Positions 19,907-28,950 of a DNA stretch of 64,000 nt are shown one piece after another. This DNA is from an uncultured Actinomycetes bacterium (GTDB lineage: Bacteria; Actinomycetota; Thermoleophilia; Gaiellales; Gaiellaceae), in contig CAWGSF010000007.1 in assembly GCA_963825255.1 (NCBI GenBank), positions 2,888 through 66,887 of the forward strand, in the 5' to 3' direction. The notes beneath the pieces are model-generated. The model made no database searches, was not told the DNA's origin, and saw only the letters and a program-made list of their open reading frames with translations. The translations under genes were made by a program, and so were the position numbers. Position 1 is the first letter of the stretch, and each line of letters begins with the position of its first letter.

Positions 19907-21132
19907 CCGGAGGGGCGCGGCTCACGGGCCTCTCCGCGTCGCTCGACCCCTCGTGGCTCGCCGCCCAGCGCTGGTTCGCCGGCAAGGGGCGGCGGGTCGG
20001 GAGGATCAAGCAGGTGGCCGCGATCGCCCCCTTTCTCGCGGTCGTCGAGGTCGAGGTCGGCGACGAGGTGCAGCGATACTCGATACCGGCCGGTCAGGTC
20101 TGGTCCAGCCTGCTGGCGGCGGTGCGCGCGCGGCCGCAGGGCGGTTTCGAGCTCGACTGGCGCGGCGGCGAGATGCCTGGCAGCGAGCGTGGGCTGGAGA
20201 GCGACCAGTCGAACACCTCATCCGTGCTCGACGAGCGCCTCGTGCTGAAGTGCTACCGGCGCCTCTGGCCGGGAGCGCACCCCGAGGCCGAGCTCGTCGA
20301 GCAGCTCACGCGACGCACGCCTGTCGTGCCCGCCTTCCGCGGGTCGCTCTCGCTGCGGGACCCGGACGGCACAGTGTGGCCGGTCGCGCTCGTCCAGGAC
20401 TACATCGCCGGCGCGCGGGACGGCTGGGAATGGTCGCAGGAGCTGCTCGGCCGTGCACTCGCAGGCGCGCCGTTCGAGGAGACGACCGCGTTCGCGCGGC
20501 CGCTCGGTCGGGCGATCGCGCAGCTCCACGCGGCGCTTGCACAGTTGGGCGGCCGTCCGGCCGCGGTCGACGACGCCCGTCGCTGGCACGCCGAGTCGCT
20601 CGCCCAGCTCGAGCGAGCGCTCGCAGCGGTCGATGCCGACACCGCGAAGGCCGTGCGACGCGTCGAGAGCCGGATCCGCGCAGATCTCGGTCTCTTCGCG
20701 GGGATCGGGACGCTCACACGGGTCCACGGCGACCTCCACGTCGGCCAGGTGCTCTTCTCGCCGGCCGGGCTGCACGTGATCGACTTCGAGGGCGAGCCGA
20801 CCCGACCGCCGGCCGAGCGGCGGGCGCTGCAGTCTCCCGTACGGGACGTCGCCTCGATGCTGCGCTCGTTCGATCACGTACCCCGCTGGGTTCTGCGGGA
20901 CGTGGCGGACGCGGACGATCGCCTTGTGGGCGAGGCTTGGGCCGCGCGAGTGCGTGCCGACTTCCTCGACGGCTACGGGGAGCTCGCGCTCCCCCTCGAC
21001 CCGACGCTGCTCCGGGCGTTCGAGGTCGAGAAGGAGACGTACGAGCTCGTCTACGCGGCGAGCTTCCTGCCCGAATGGATGCCGATCGCCTTGGCCTCGC
21101 TGGTCGAGCTTGCGGCATCTTCGACGCCGTGA
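19903..21132 (+). CDS. mak: Maltokinase-like kinase (Mak/Pep2 family)
   Basis: GTG 19903 overlaps the GT1 stop (GTGA). Motifs: LAAQRWFAGKGR cap, SDQSNTSSVL, HGDLHVGQVL, IDFEGEP. Confidence 0.7.
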   Translation: MTGGARLTGLSASLDPSWLAAQRWFAGKGRRVGRIKQVAAIAPFLAVVEVEVGDEVQRYSIPAGQVWSSLLAAVRARPQGGFELDWRGGEMPGSERGLESDQSNTSSVLDERLVLKCYRRLWPGAHPEAELVEQLTRRTPVVPAFRGSLSLRDPDGTVWPVALVQDYIAGARDGWEWSQELLGRALAGAPFEETTAFARPLGRAIAQLHAALAQLGGRPAAVDDARRWHAESLAQLERALAAVDADTAKAVRRVESRIRADLGLFAGIGTLTRVHGDLHVGQVLFSPAGLHVIDFEGEPTRPPAERRALQSPVRDVASMLRSFDHVPRWVLRDVADADDRLVGEAWAARVRADFLDGYGELALPLDPTLLRAFEVEKETYELVYAASFLPEWMPIALASLVELAASSTP

Positions 21133-21208
21133 GCCGTCCCGAGTACTTGAGGAGAGGCTCGCGGTCGTTCAAGCTCGGCTGAACTTCAGACCCACGAGAG
21201 GAGTTCGC

Positions 21209-21436
21209 ATGGCTGACATTCAGGTTCCCGAGGTCAAGACCCGAGTGGCCACGGAGAAGGGGACGTTCGTCCTGGACGCCGCGGTCTGGCCACAATGCGG
21301 CCGTGGGTTCCCCGTGTCGGGCGGCCAGGCAAACCAGAAGTTTCAGTCCTCCGTCCTGGGCACTCCGGTCAGCTCCGTGAATCTCGTGTTCTCGGACGAC
21401 CAGACGACGGCATATATCGATGTGACGCTTTCCTAG
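21209..21436 (+). CDS. Hypothetical small protein (75 aa)
   Basis: ATG preceded by GAGAGGAG. Sequence MADIQVPEVKTRVATEKGTFVLDAAVWPQCGRGF... has no recognised family. Confidence 0.4.
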   Translation: MADIQVPEVKTRVATEKGTFVLDAAVWPQCGRGFPVSGGQANQKFQSSVLGTPVSSVNLVFSDDQTTAYIDVTLS

Positions 21437-21469
21437 CCCGGACTCCTAGCGGCGCGGTACCGTCCCGAT

Positions 21470-21859
21470 ATGGCGACGCGGCACGCGTCCTGCTCGTGCG
21501 GGCAGCTAACGGTCGAAGTCGAGGGCGACCCTGTCAGGGTCTCGATCTGCCACTGCCTCGCCTGCCAGCGGCGAACAGGGAGCGTGTTCGGGATGCAGGC
21601 ACGCTGGTCCCGCGAGCAGGTGCGGATCGAGGGCGAGGTGACCGAGTACGTGCGGATTTCCGACGAGGGCGAGGAGCGCTCGCTCTTCTTCTGCCCGCGC
21701 TGCGGCGCGACCGTCTACTACTGGACCGACCCGGAGCACATCGCGGTGCCGGTCGGCGCGTTCGCCGACCCGAACTTCCCCGCGCCGCGCGTCTCGGTAT
21801 GGGAAGAGCGCATGCACCCGTGGGTCGGCCTGCCCGTCGGGATCGAGCACATCGGCTGA
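21470..21859 (+). CDS. GFA (glutathione-dependent formaldehyde-activating / CENP-V) family protein
   Basis: Cys pattern CSCG...CHCLACQRRTG...FFCPRCG. Confidence 0.75.
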   Translation: MATRHASCSCGQLTVEVEGDPVRVSICHCLACQRRTGSVFGMQARWSREQVRIEGEVTEYVRISDEGEERSLFFCPRCGATVYYWTDPEHIAVPVGAFADPNFPAPRVSVWEERMHPWVGLPVGIEHIG

Positions 21860-21914
21860 GTCTCCGCTAGGTACTCACGGAAGAAGTCGGCTTCTCCCGG
21901 CGGATTGGGCCGAG

Positions 21915-21987
21915 TGGGCGGTGCTGGGCTCGAACCAGCGACCTCCTGCGTGTAAGGCAGGCGCTCTTCCAGCTGAGCTAACCGCCC
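21915..21987 (-). tRNA. tRNA-Val (anticodon TAC)
   Basis: Reverse complement GGGCGGTTAGCTCAGCTGGAAGAGCGCCTGCCTTACACGCAGGAGGTCGCTGGTTCGAGCCCAGCACCGCCCA folds as a cloverleaf. Confidence 0.9.
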
Positions 21988-21990
21988 AGG

Positions 21991-22063
21991 TGCCCCCAGC
22001 GGGATTCGAACCCGCGCTACGGCCTTGAAAGGGCCGTGACCTGGGCCGCTAGTCGATGGGGGC
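21991..22063 (-). tRNA. tRNA-Glu (anticodon TTC)
   Basis: Reverse complement GCCCCCATCGACTAGCGGCCCAGGTCACGGCCCTTTCAAGGCCGTAGCGCGGGTTCGAATCCCGCTGGGGGCA. Confidence 0.9.
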
Positions 22064-22106
22064 GGCGAGGCAAGGATAGCGCCCGCCCGGGGCTACACTC
22101 GTCGCG

Positions 22107-22179
22107 GGGCCGGTAGCTCAGCTGGCAGAGCAGGGGACTTTTAATCCCAAGGTCGGTGGTTCGAATCCACCCCGGCCCA
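22107..22179 (+). tRNA. tRNA-Lys (anticodon TTT)
   Basis: GGGCCGGTAGCTCAGCTGGCAGAGCAGGGGACTTTTAATCCCAAGGTCGGTGGTTCGAATCCACCCCGGCCCA. Confidence 0.9.
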
Positions 22180-22350
22180 TCTTTCCACAGAGTTTTCCCC
22201 TCTTGTTGTCCACAGGGAGAACGCGGTATACACCTCTCGGCGACTCGAAGCCGCCATCACGTTTCCGACGGAGGCTCCCTCTCCCCTCCCGTGGTCGTCG
22301 CCGACCCCGCGGCCACGGGAGGTCCGAGGGGGTCTTCTGCGTTGGCGGGC

Positions 22351-23727
22351 CTAGCCGGAGACGCCGGCGGGCTTGGGCAGCGGCTCGATCGCCTTCAGGG
22401 CCCGAGCGATCTCCTCCTCGGGGAGCGCGAAGTCCTCGAGCTGCCCGTGCAGGTACGCGTCGTAGGCGCCCAGGTCGAAGTGCCCGTGCCCCGAGAGGTT
22501 GAAGAGGATCGTGCGCTCGCGCCCCTCCTCGTCGGCCCTGGCCGCCGCCTCGACGACGCCGTGGATCACGTGCGCGGCCTCGGGCGCGGGGATGATCCCC
22601 TCGCTTCGAGCGAAGCGGACGGCCGAGCCGAAGACGTCGGTCTGCCCGTACGCCTCGGCGCGGACGAGGCCGTCGAGGACGAGCTGGGAGACGAGTGGCG
22701 CCATCCCGTGGTAGCGAAGCCCGCCCGCGTGGATCCCCGGCGGGACGAAGTCGTGGCCGAGCGTGTGCATGGGCACGAGCGGCGTCAGCTGCCCCGTGTC
22801 GCCGAAGTCGTACGCGAAGGGCCCGCGCGTCAGGGTGGGACAGGCAGCGGGCTCGCAGGCGAGGACGTCGATGTCGCGGCCGGCGATCTTCTCGCGGAGG
22901 AACGGGAAGGCGAGGCCGGCGAAGTTCGAGCCGCCGCCGACGCAGCCGGCGATGAGATCGGGGAAGGCGCCGGCCAGCTCCATCTGCGCGATCGCCTCCT
23001 GGCCGATCACGGTCTGGTGCATGAGGACGTGGTTGAGGACGCTCCCGAGGGAGTAGGCGGTGTCCTCGCGCTGGGCCGCGTCCTCGACGGCCTCTGAGAT
23101 GGCGATGCCGAGGCTGCCCGGAGAGTCCGCGTCGGCCTCGAGGACCGCGCGACCGGACTGGGTGTCCTCGGAGGGGCTGGCGACGACGCTCGCGCCCCAC
23201 GTCTCCATCATCGAGCGGCGGTACGGCTTCTGCTCGTAGGAGACCTTGACCATGTAGACCTTGCACTCGAGCCCGTAGAGCTGCGTGGCGAGCGCGAGCG
23301 CGCTTCCCCACTGGCCCGCTCCCGTCTCGGTCGAGATCCGTGTCCGCCCCGACTCCTTCACGTAGTAGGCCTGGGCGACGGCGGTGTTCGGCTTGTGGCT
23401 CCCGGCCGGGCTGACGCCCTCGTACTTGTAGAAGATGCGCGACCGCGTCCCCAGCTCGGCCTCGAGCCGGTGCGCGCGGTAGAGGGGCGTCGGGCGCCAG
23501 AGCCGGTAGACCCCCCGGATCGGCTCCGGGATCGGGATCTCGGCGTCCTGCGAGACCTCCTGGAGGATGAGGTCCATCGGGAAGAGGGGCGCGAGGTCGT
23601 CGGGGCCGACGGGCTCGCCGGTGCCGGGGTGCAGGACCGGCTGCGGCGGGTTCGGCATGTCGGCCTGGATGTTGTACCAGCGCTCGGGAATTGCGCTCTC
23701 GGGCAGGGTGATCTTCGTCTCGGTCAT
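22351..23727 (-). CDS. TrpB-like PLP-dependent enzyme (tryptophan synthase beta chain type 2)
   Basis: Intact 458-aa ORF. N-terminus ERWYNIQADMP, PLP lysine motif GSHKPNTA, and GGGSNFAG. Confidence 0.85.
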   Translation of the reverse strand: MTETKITLPESAIPERWYNIQADMPNPPQPVLHPGTGEPVGPDDLAPLFPMDLILQEVSQDAEIPIPEPIRGVYRLWRPTPLYRAHRLEAELGTRSRIFYKYEGVSPAGSHKPNTAVAQAYYVKESGRTRISTETGAGQWGSALALATQLYGLECKVYMVKVSYEQKPYRRSMMETWGASVVASPSEDTQSGRAVLEADADSPGSLGIAISEAVEDAAQREDTAYSLGSVLNHVLMHQTVIGQEAIAQMELAGAFPDLIAGCVGGGSNFAGLAFPFLREKIAGRDIDVLACEPAACPTLTRGPFAYDFGDTGQLTPLVPMHTLGHDFVPPGIHAGGLRYHGMAPLVSQLVLDGLVRAEAYGQTDVFGSAVRFARSEGIIPAPEAAHVIHGVVEAAARADEEGRERTILFNLSGHGHFDLGAYDAYLHGQLEDFALPEEEIARALKAIEPLPKPAGVSG

Positions 23728-23745
23728 GGTGGCGCGAGGATACTC

Positions 23746-24952
23746 CTATCGGAGACCCAGCGCCGCGACCGCGCTCTCGAGCCGGTCCATCGCCGCCTCG
23801 AGCTGTGCGTCGGCGAGATACGGCGCGGGCCCGAGGCGGAAATAGCGGCCGCGAGCGTCGATCAGGACGCCGTCGTCGGCCAGGCGTCGCGCCACCGCGC
23901 CCGCCTCCGGGCACTCGACGGCGAGGAACCCGCCGAAGCCGTCGAGCGGCGCCGAGCGGTCGCGCGCCATCAGCTCCTCCCGGACGCCGAGGCGGTCGAA
24001 GCGGTCGGCGAGCAGCCCGGTCTGGTGGAGGTAGGACGCACGCAGGAGCTCGGGGGTGAGGCCGCGCTCCGCGAAGAACCCGAAGACGCGGGCCGCCCGG
24101 TAGTGGCTCGTCGGGTCGTAGGTCGAGCCGGCGAAGCGCGCGCCTCCGGACGGATACGCCCACCGCCGAGTCGCCGCGCTCCGCCGCGAGCAGCTCGAAC
24201 TCGGCGAACCAGCCGGTGAGCACGGGCCGCATGTCCTCTGCCTGCGGGGGCAGGCGCAGGAAGCAGTTCCCCTCCCCGAGCTGGAGGTACTTGTAGCCGC
24301 CGCCGACGATCCACGCAGATTCCAGGCGCTCCTCCGCGACCCGGAAGGGGAGCGCTCCCAGCGCGTGGTAGACGTCGACGAGGAGCTCGGCGCCGGCAGC
24401 GGCGCATGCGTCCGCGAGCTCGCCGAGCCGCGGCACGATGCGGGCGGTCTCGAAGAGGACCGCGGAGACGAGGACGGCGCTCGTTCGCTCGTCGACCTCG
24501 GCCGCCATCCGCTCGGCCAGGGTCTCGGCCGGCGCGGCGGGCAGGCGAACGACCTCGAGCCCCGCCTCGCCCAGTCGCGCGAGCTGCCGGCGGAGCGTGT
24601 GGAACTCGCCGTCGGAGGTGACGAGTCTCGGCCGCCGGCGCAGGTCGAGCGCCGAGAGGAAGCGGATGACGAGCTCGTGCGTGTTCTGCGCGAGGGCGAT
24701 CTCTGCGTCGTGCTCGCCGAGGAGCAGCCTGAAGCCGTCCCGGACCGCGTCGGCCTTCGCGAAGGCGCGGTCCCACTTCTCGTCGACGCAGAGCGCCGCG
24801 TCCTCGAACGCCTCCAGCTGGCCCTCGCGCGCCACGTCGGGCCAGGCCTGGTGCGAGTGGCCGGTGAGGAGCAGCCGGTCGGCGACGCGGAAGGCGGAGT
24901 AGTCGGACGCCAGCGCGTTCGGCGTCCGCCGCAGGTCGTCGAGCTCGATCAC
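23746..24952 (-). CDS. kynU: Kynureninase (one frame change near 24160)
   Basis: GTG 24952 overlaps the kynA stop (GTGA). Motifs: LLTGHSHQAWP, VDVYHALGALP, GGGYKYLQLGEG. The C-terminus lies in ORF 23746..23970. Confidence 0.75.
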
Positions 24953-25741
24953 AGCTCGCTGCGGACCGACCAGAGGTCGGGGAAGGCGGGCTTGTTCAGG
25001 GTCGTGTGCAGGTAGGGCGCGCCGGGCGAGCCGCCCGTGCCGGGCTTGCTCCCGATCGTGCGCTCGACCATCTTCACGTGCCGGTAGCGCCACTCCTGGA
25101 AGCCCTCGTCGACGTCGACCATCCGCTCGCAGACCATGGCGGCCTCGCCGTCTTCTCGGTAGGCGGCCAGGACGGCCGCATGGACGCCGGCGGACTCCTC
25201 GACCGGCAGGGTCACGTCGCGCTCGAGCCGGTCGGCGGGGACGTCGTAGCCGCTCCGGGAGAGGTAGGCGAGGAAGGAGTCGTAGAGCGACGGCCGCTCG
25301 AGGGCGGCCGACGATCCGGCGGTAGTCGTCGCCCGCCTCGTCGTACGCGCGGAGGACCGAGCGCTCGCGCCGGCCGAGCACCGCCTCGAGCTCCCTGAAC
25401 TGGGCCGACTGGAAGCCGCTCGCCGACTCGAGCCGGTCGCGGAAGCTGAGGAACTGCGTCGGCTGGAGCGTCTCGATCACGTCGAGCTGCGCGACGACGA
25501 GCTTCAGGATCGTGAGGATCCGCTTGAAGGTGCCGAGCGCCTGCGAGCCGCGGCCCTCTTCGAGGAGGCGCTGGAGGTGGGCGAGCTCGTGGAGCAGCTC
25601 CTTGAACCACAGCTCGTACACCTGGTGGACGACGATGAAGAGCATCTCGTCGTGCTCGTCCGATCGCGGGCGCTGCGCGCCGAGGATCTCGTCGAGCGCG
25701 AGGTAGGAGGTGTAGGTGAGCGCCTTCGACTGCTCGCTCAT
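24949..25741 (-). CDS. kynA: Tryptophan 2,3-dioxygenase (one frame change near 25313)
   Basis: Motifs: LTYTSYLALDEILGAQ, FIVVHQVYELWFK, then (ORF 24949..25215) WRYRHVKMVERTIGSKPGTGGS. Confidence 0.85.
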
Positions 25742-25777
25742 GGGCCAATCCTTGGCCCGTGAGCGAGGGGAGGGTGT

Positions 25778-25849
25778 GTGAGGGAACCGGGAGGTTCCCT
25801 CACTGCATCAAAGAAGGGGGCACGTGGGGGAAACATGGTTTCCCCCACG
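25778..25849 (-). promoter_or_regulatory. Two tandem perfect hairpins between the acyl-CoA dehydrogenase stop and the kynA start (terminator/attenuator candidates)
   Basis: 25778..25803 GTGAGGGAACC-GGGA-GGTTCCCTCAC. 25823..25849 CGTGGGGGAAAC-ATG-GTTTCCCCCACG. On the transcribed strand the second hairpin is followed by a UGCCCCCUUCUUUGAU-like tract. Confidence 0.45.
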
Positions 25850-25874
25850 GGAGTGAGCCGAAGGCGAGCGACGG

Positions 25875-27012
25875 TCACGCGGTCTCCTTGAAGAGCTCGC
25901 GGGCGATGATCTCGCGCTGGACCTCGGAGGCGCCCTCGTAGATGCGCGGGGCCCGCACCTCCCGGTAGAGGTGCTCGAGCAGGTGCCCCTCCTCGAGCGC
26001 CCGCGCGCCGTGCACCTGGACGGCCACGTCCACCGCCCGCTGGGCGGTCTCCGTCGCGAACAGCTTGGCCATCGCCGAGGCCTGCCGGACGGGCCGCACG
26101 CCGGCGTCGTAGGCGGCCGCGGCGTCGTAGACGAGGAGGCGGGACGCCTGCACCCGTGTGGCCACCTCGGCGAGCTGGTGCCCGACCGCCTGGAGCTCCG
26201 AGAGCGGCTTGCCGAACGCCTCGCGCGCGGCCGCGTAGGCGACCGCCGCGTCGAGCGCGGCCTGCGCCATCCCGACCGCGAACGCGCCGACGCTGGGCCG
26301 GAAGAGGTCGAGCGTCTCCATCGCGACGCGGAAGCCCTTGTCCACCTCGCCGAGGACCTGCTCCTCCCCGACGAGCACGCCGTCGAGCTCGAGCCGCCCG
26401 ATCGGGTGCGGCGAGAGGAGTCGGAGCGCCTCGCCCGACACGCCCTCGCTCTCGCGCGGGACGGCGAAGGCGGTGACGCCCCGCGCGCCCGCGTCTTCCG
26501 TCGTCCGCGCGAAGACGGTGTACACGTCTGCCTCGGGCGCGTTCGAGATCCAGGTCTTCGCGCCGGTGAGCCGAAACGCGCCGCCGTCACGGTCGGCGCG
26601 AAGGGCGAGCGCGGCCGCGTCGGACCCGGCGTCGGGCTCGCTGAGCGCGAAGGCGGCCACGGCCTCGCCCGGCGGCCAGGCGTGGGACCCAGTGCCTCGC
26701 GGACCTCGGGACGGGCGTTGCGCAGGATCGGGTAGCCGCCGAGGCCCTGGAGCGCGAGCGCCGTCTCGGCCTCGGTGCACCCGTGGGCGAGCCCTTCGCG
26801 AAGCAGGCACAGCTCGACGGCCGACCCCTCGCCCTCGTGCGGGAGCACGTGCTCGAGCAGCCCCTCGTCGCCGAGCGCGCGGACGAGCGGCCGGTTGATC
26901 CGCCCGGGCTCACCCTCGCTCGGCCAGCGGCGCGAGCACGTCGTGCCCGAGCGCGCGGGCCCGTTCGAAGAGCGCCTCCTGGGCCTCCGAGAGTCGCGCT
27001 GTGCCCGCTCAT
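25875..27012 (-). CDS. Acyl-CoA dehydrogenase (at least 4 frame changes: ~26994, ~26905, ~26700, ~26670)
   Basis: ATGA overlap with the RidA stop. Pieces: LSEAQEALFERARALG, EPGRINRPLVRALGDEGLL, HWVPRLAAG, AAFALSEPDAGSD, C-terminal IYEGASEVQREIIAREL. Confidence 0.75.
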
Positions 27013-27396
27013 TCGGGAACGACCGCGACGCCCATCAGCTCGACGCGCGCCTCGGGGTCGAAGAGGGCGGAGGCTCCGATCAGGGCCATCGCCGGATAGC
27101 GGCGCCCGAAGTGCCGCCGCCAGACCTCGCCCAGCTCGCGCAGGGAGGCGCGGTACTCGTCCATGTCGGTCGAGAAGACGACGAGCGAGACGAGGTCGTC
27201 GGGCTCGCCGCCCGCGGCCCGCAGGGCCGTGACGAGCGCGCCCGCGGCGGCGTCGAACTGCTCGGCGAGCGTCTCGCCCGGCTCCGGTCTGTCCGCCCAG
27301 GTACACGGTGCGGCCCGGGGCGGCGACGACCGCGTGCGCGTAGCCGCTCGGCTCGGGGAGCTCCGGCGGGGCGACGATCCGGTGCCTGGCGCTCAT
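27009..27396 (-). CDS. RidA (YjgF/endoribonuclease L-PSP) family protein (one frame change near 27285)
   Basis: MSARHRIVAPPELPEPSGYAHAVVAAPGRTVYLGGQT, then the alternative frame to ...ELMGVAVVPE. ATGA overlaps at both ends. Confidence 0.65.
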
Positions 27397-28221
27397 CGCC
27401 CCGTCCAGCTGGGTCGGCGCCCTTCCGACCAGGCGGCGTAGAACTCCCGGTGGTCCTCGCTCTGCATCATCAGCGCCTGTCCCAGCGCCTCCAGCTCGAT
27501 CGCGCCGGCGAGGTCGAGGTCGAGCTCGCGCGTGAGCAGGACCTTCGTCGTCGAGTAGGCGAGCGCCGGGCCGTCGGCGAGCCGGCGGGCGAGCGCCTCC
27601 GTCGCGGCCGGCAGCTCGTCGTCGTCCACGACCTGCGTCGCCAGCCCGATCTCGAGCGCCCGCTCCGCGGTCACCTCGTCGCCGAGGATGAGGAGCTCCA
27701 GCGCCCGCCCCGCGCCGACGAGGCGTGGCAGGAGGTACGCGGAGCCCATGTCCGCGCCGGCGAGCCCGACCCGGGAGAAGAGGAACGCGAACGTCGCCGA
27801 GCGCGCGAGCAGACGGAAGTCGCTCGCGAGGGCGAGGACGGACCCGGCGCCGGCGGCGACGCCGTTGACCGCGGCGACGATCGGGAGCGGGCAGTCGCGC
27901 ATCGCCTTGACGACGGCCCCGGTCATCCGCGTGAACTCGAGCAGGTCGGCGGTGGGCTTGCCCTGGAGCTCGCCGATGATCTCCTCCACGTCGCCGCCCG
28001 AGCAGAAGCCGCGACCCTGTCCGGTGAGGACGAGCACGCGCGCGTCCCCGCGGTGGGGCAGCTCGGCGAGCAGGTCGCGCAGGTCGGCGTAGACGTCGAA
28101 GGTGAGCGCGTTCAGCTTCTCGGGCCGCGCCAGCGTGACGCGTCGCCACGCCGTCCTCGACGGCGAAGTCGAAGGTCTCCCACTGCTCGGTGAAGCCCGC
28201 CGACGCCCGGAACCTGGTCAC
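27393..28221 (-). CDS. Enoyl-CoA hydratase/isomerase family protein (one frame change near 28140)
   Basis: Crotonase motifs LTGQGRGFCSGGDV and IVAAVNGVAAGAGSVLA. GTG 28221 overlaps the SDR stop. Confidence 0.8.
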
Positions 28222-28950
28222 GCCTGGATCCCGCCTCCGTCGAGGACGAGCGCCTGGCCGTTGATCGCCGCCGCCTCCGGCGCGGCGAGGAAGGCGACGG
28301 CGAACGCGACCTCGTCGGGCTCGAGCAGGCGGCCGAGGGGCGACGACGCGATCAGCGCCGCCTCGGCCTCCTCCTCGCTGCGGTCCGTGGCGGACGACGA
28401 TGCGCGCGATCGACCTCTCGGTCATCTCCGTTCGCACGTAGGTCGGGCAGACGGCGTTGGCGGTCACGCCCGTGCCGGCCACCTCGGCGGCGACGGCGCG
28501 CATGAGGCCGACGGCGGCGTGCTTCGACGCCGTGTACGCGGCGGTGTAGCGGACGCCGACCAGGGCGGCGGTGGAGGCGACGGTGACGATGCGCCCCTCA
28601 TCGCGCTCGACCATGCCGCCGAGCACGGCGCGCGTGCAGAGGAAGGCGCCCGTCGCGTTGACGTCGAGGACGGCGCGCCAGTCGTCGAGCGTCGTGCGCC
28701 CGAGCGGGGCGCTCGCAGCGGCGCCGGCGTTGTTGACGAGGACGTCGACCCTGCCGAGCCGCTCGAAGAGCGCCGTCACCGCCTCCTCGTCGGTCACGTC
28801 GCAGACGTCGGTCTCGGCCGCCGCGGTCGCCTCCAGCGCCTCGCGGTCGCGCCCGACCGCGACGACCCGGTCGCCGGCGCCGGCGAAACGTTCGACGACC
28901 GCCCTCCCGATCCCCTTCCCGCCGCCCGTGACGACGACGACGCGCGTCAC
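28218..28950 (-). CDS. SDR family oxidoreductase (3-hydroxyacyl-CoA dehydrogenase-like; one frame change near 28395)
   Basis: Motifs: VVVTGGGKGIG, NNAG, YTASK. C-terminus LDGGGIQA is in the alternative frame. GTGA overlaps at both ends. Confidence 0.8.

Noticed and set aside
22118-25741. A 1207-aa ORF and other very long ORFs (26587..30639 at 1350 aa; 28947..32012; 7604..9994; 6565..7992 tail; 15803..18559 read-through).
   Set aside because: They are Arg/Pro/Gly/Ala-rich off-frame or antisense translations, typical of GC-rich DNA. Real genes with recognisable motifs occupy only segments of them. The 918-aa ORF simply stays open between the KaiC-like gene and the GcvT-like gene.
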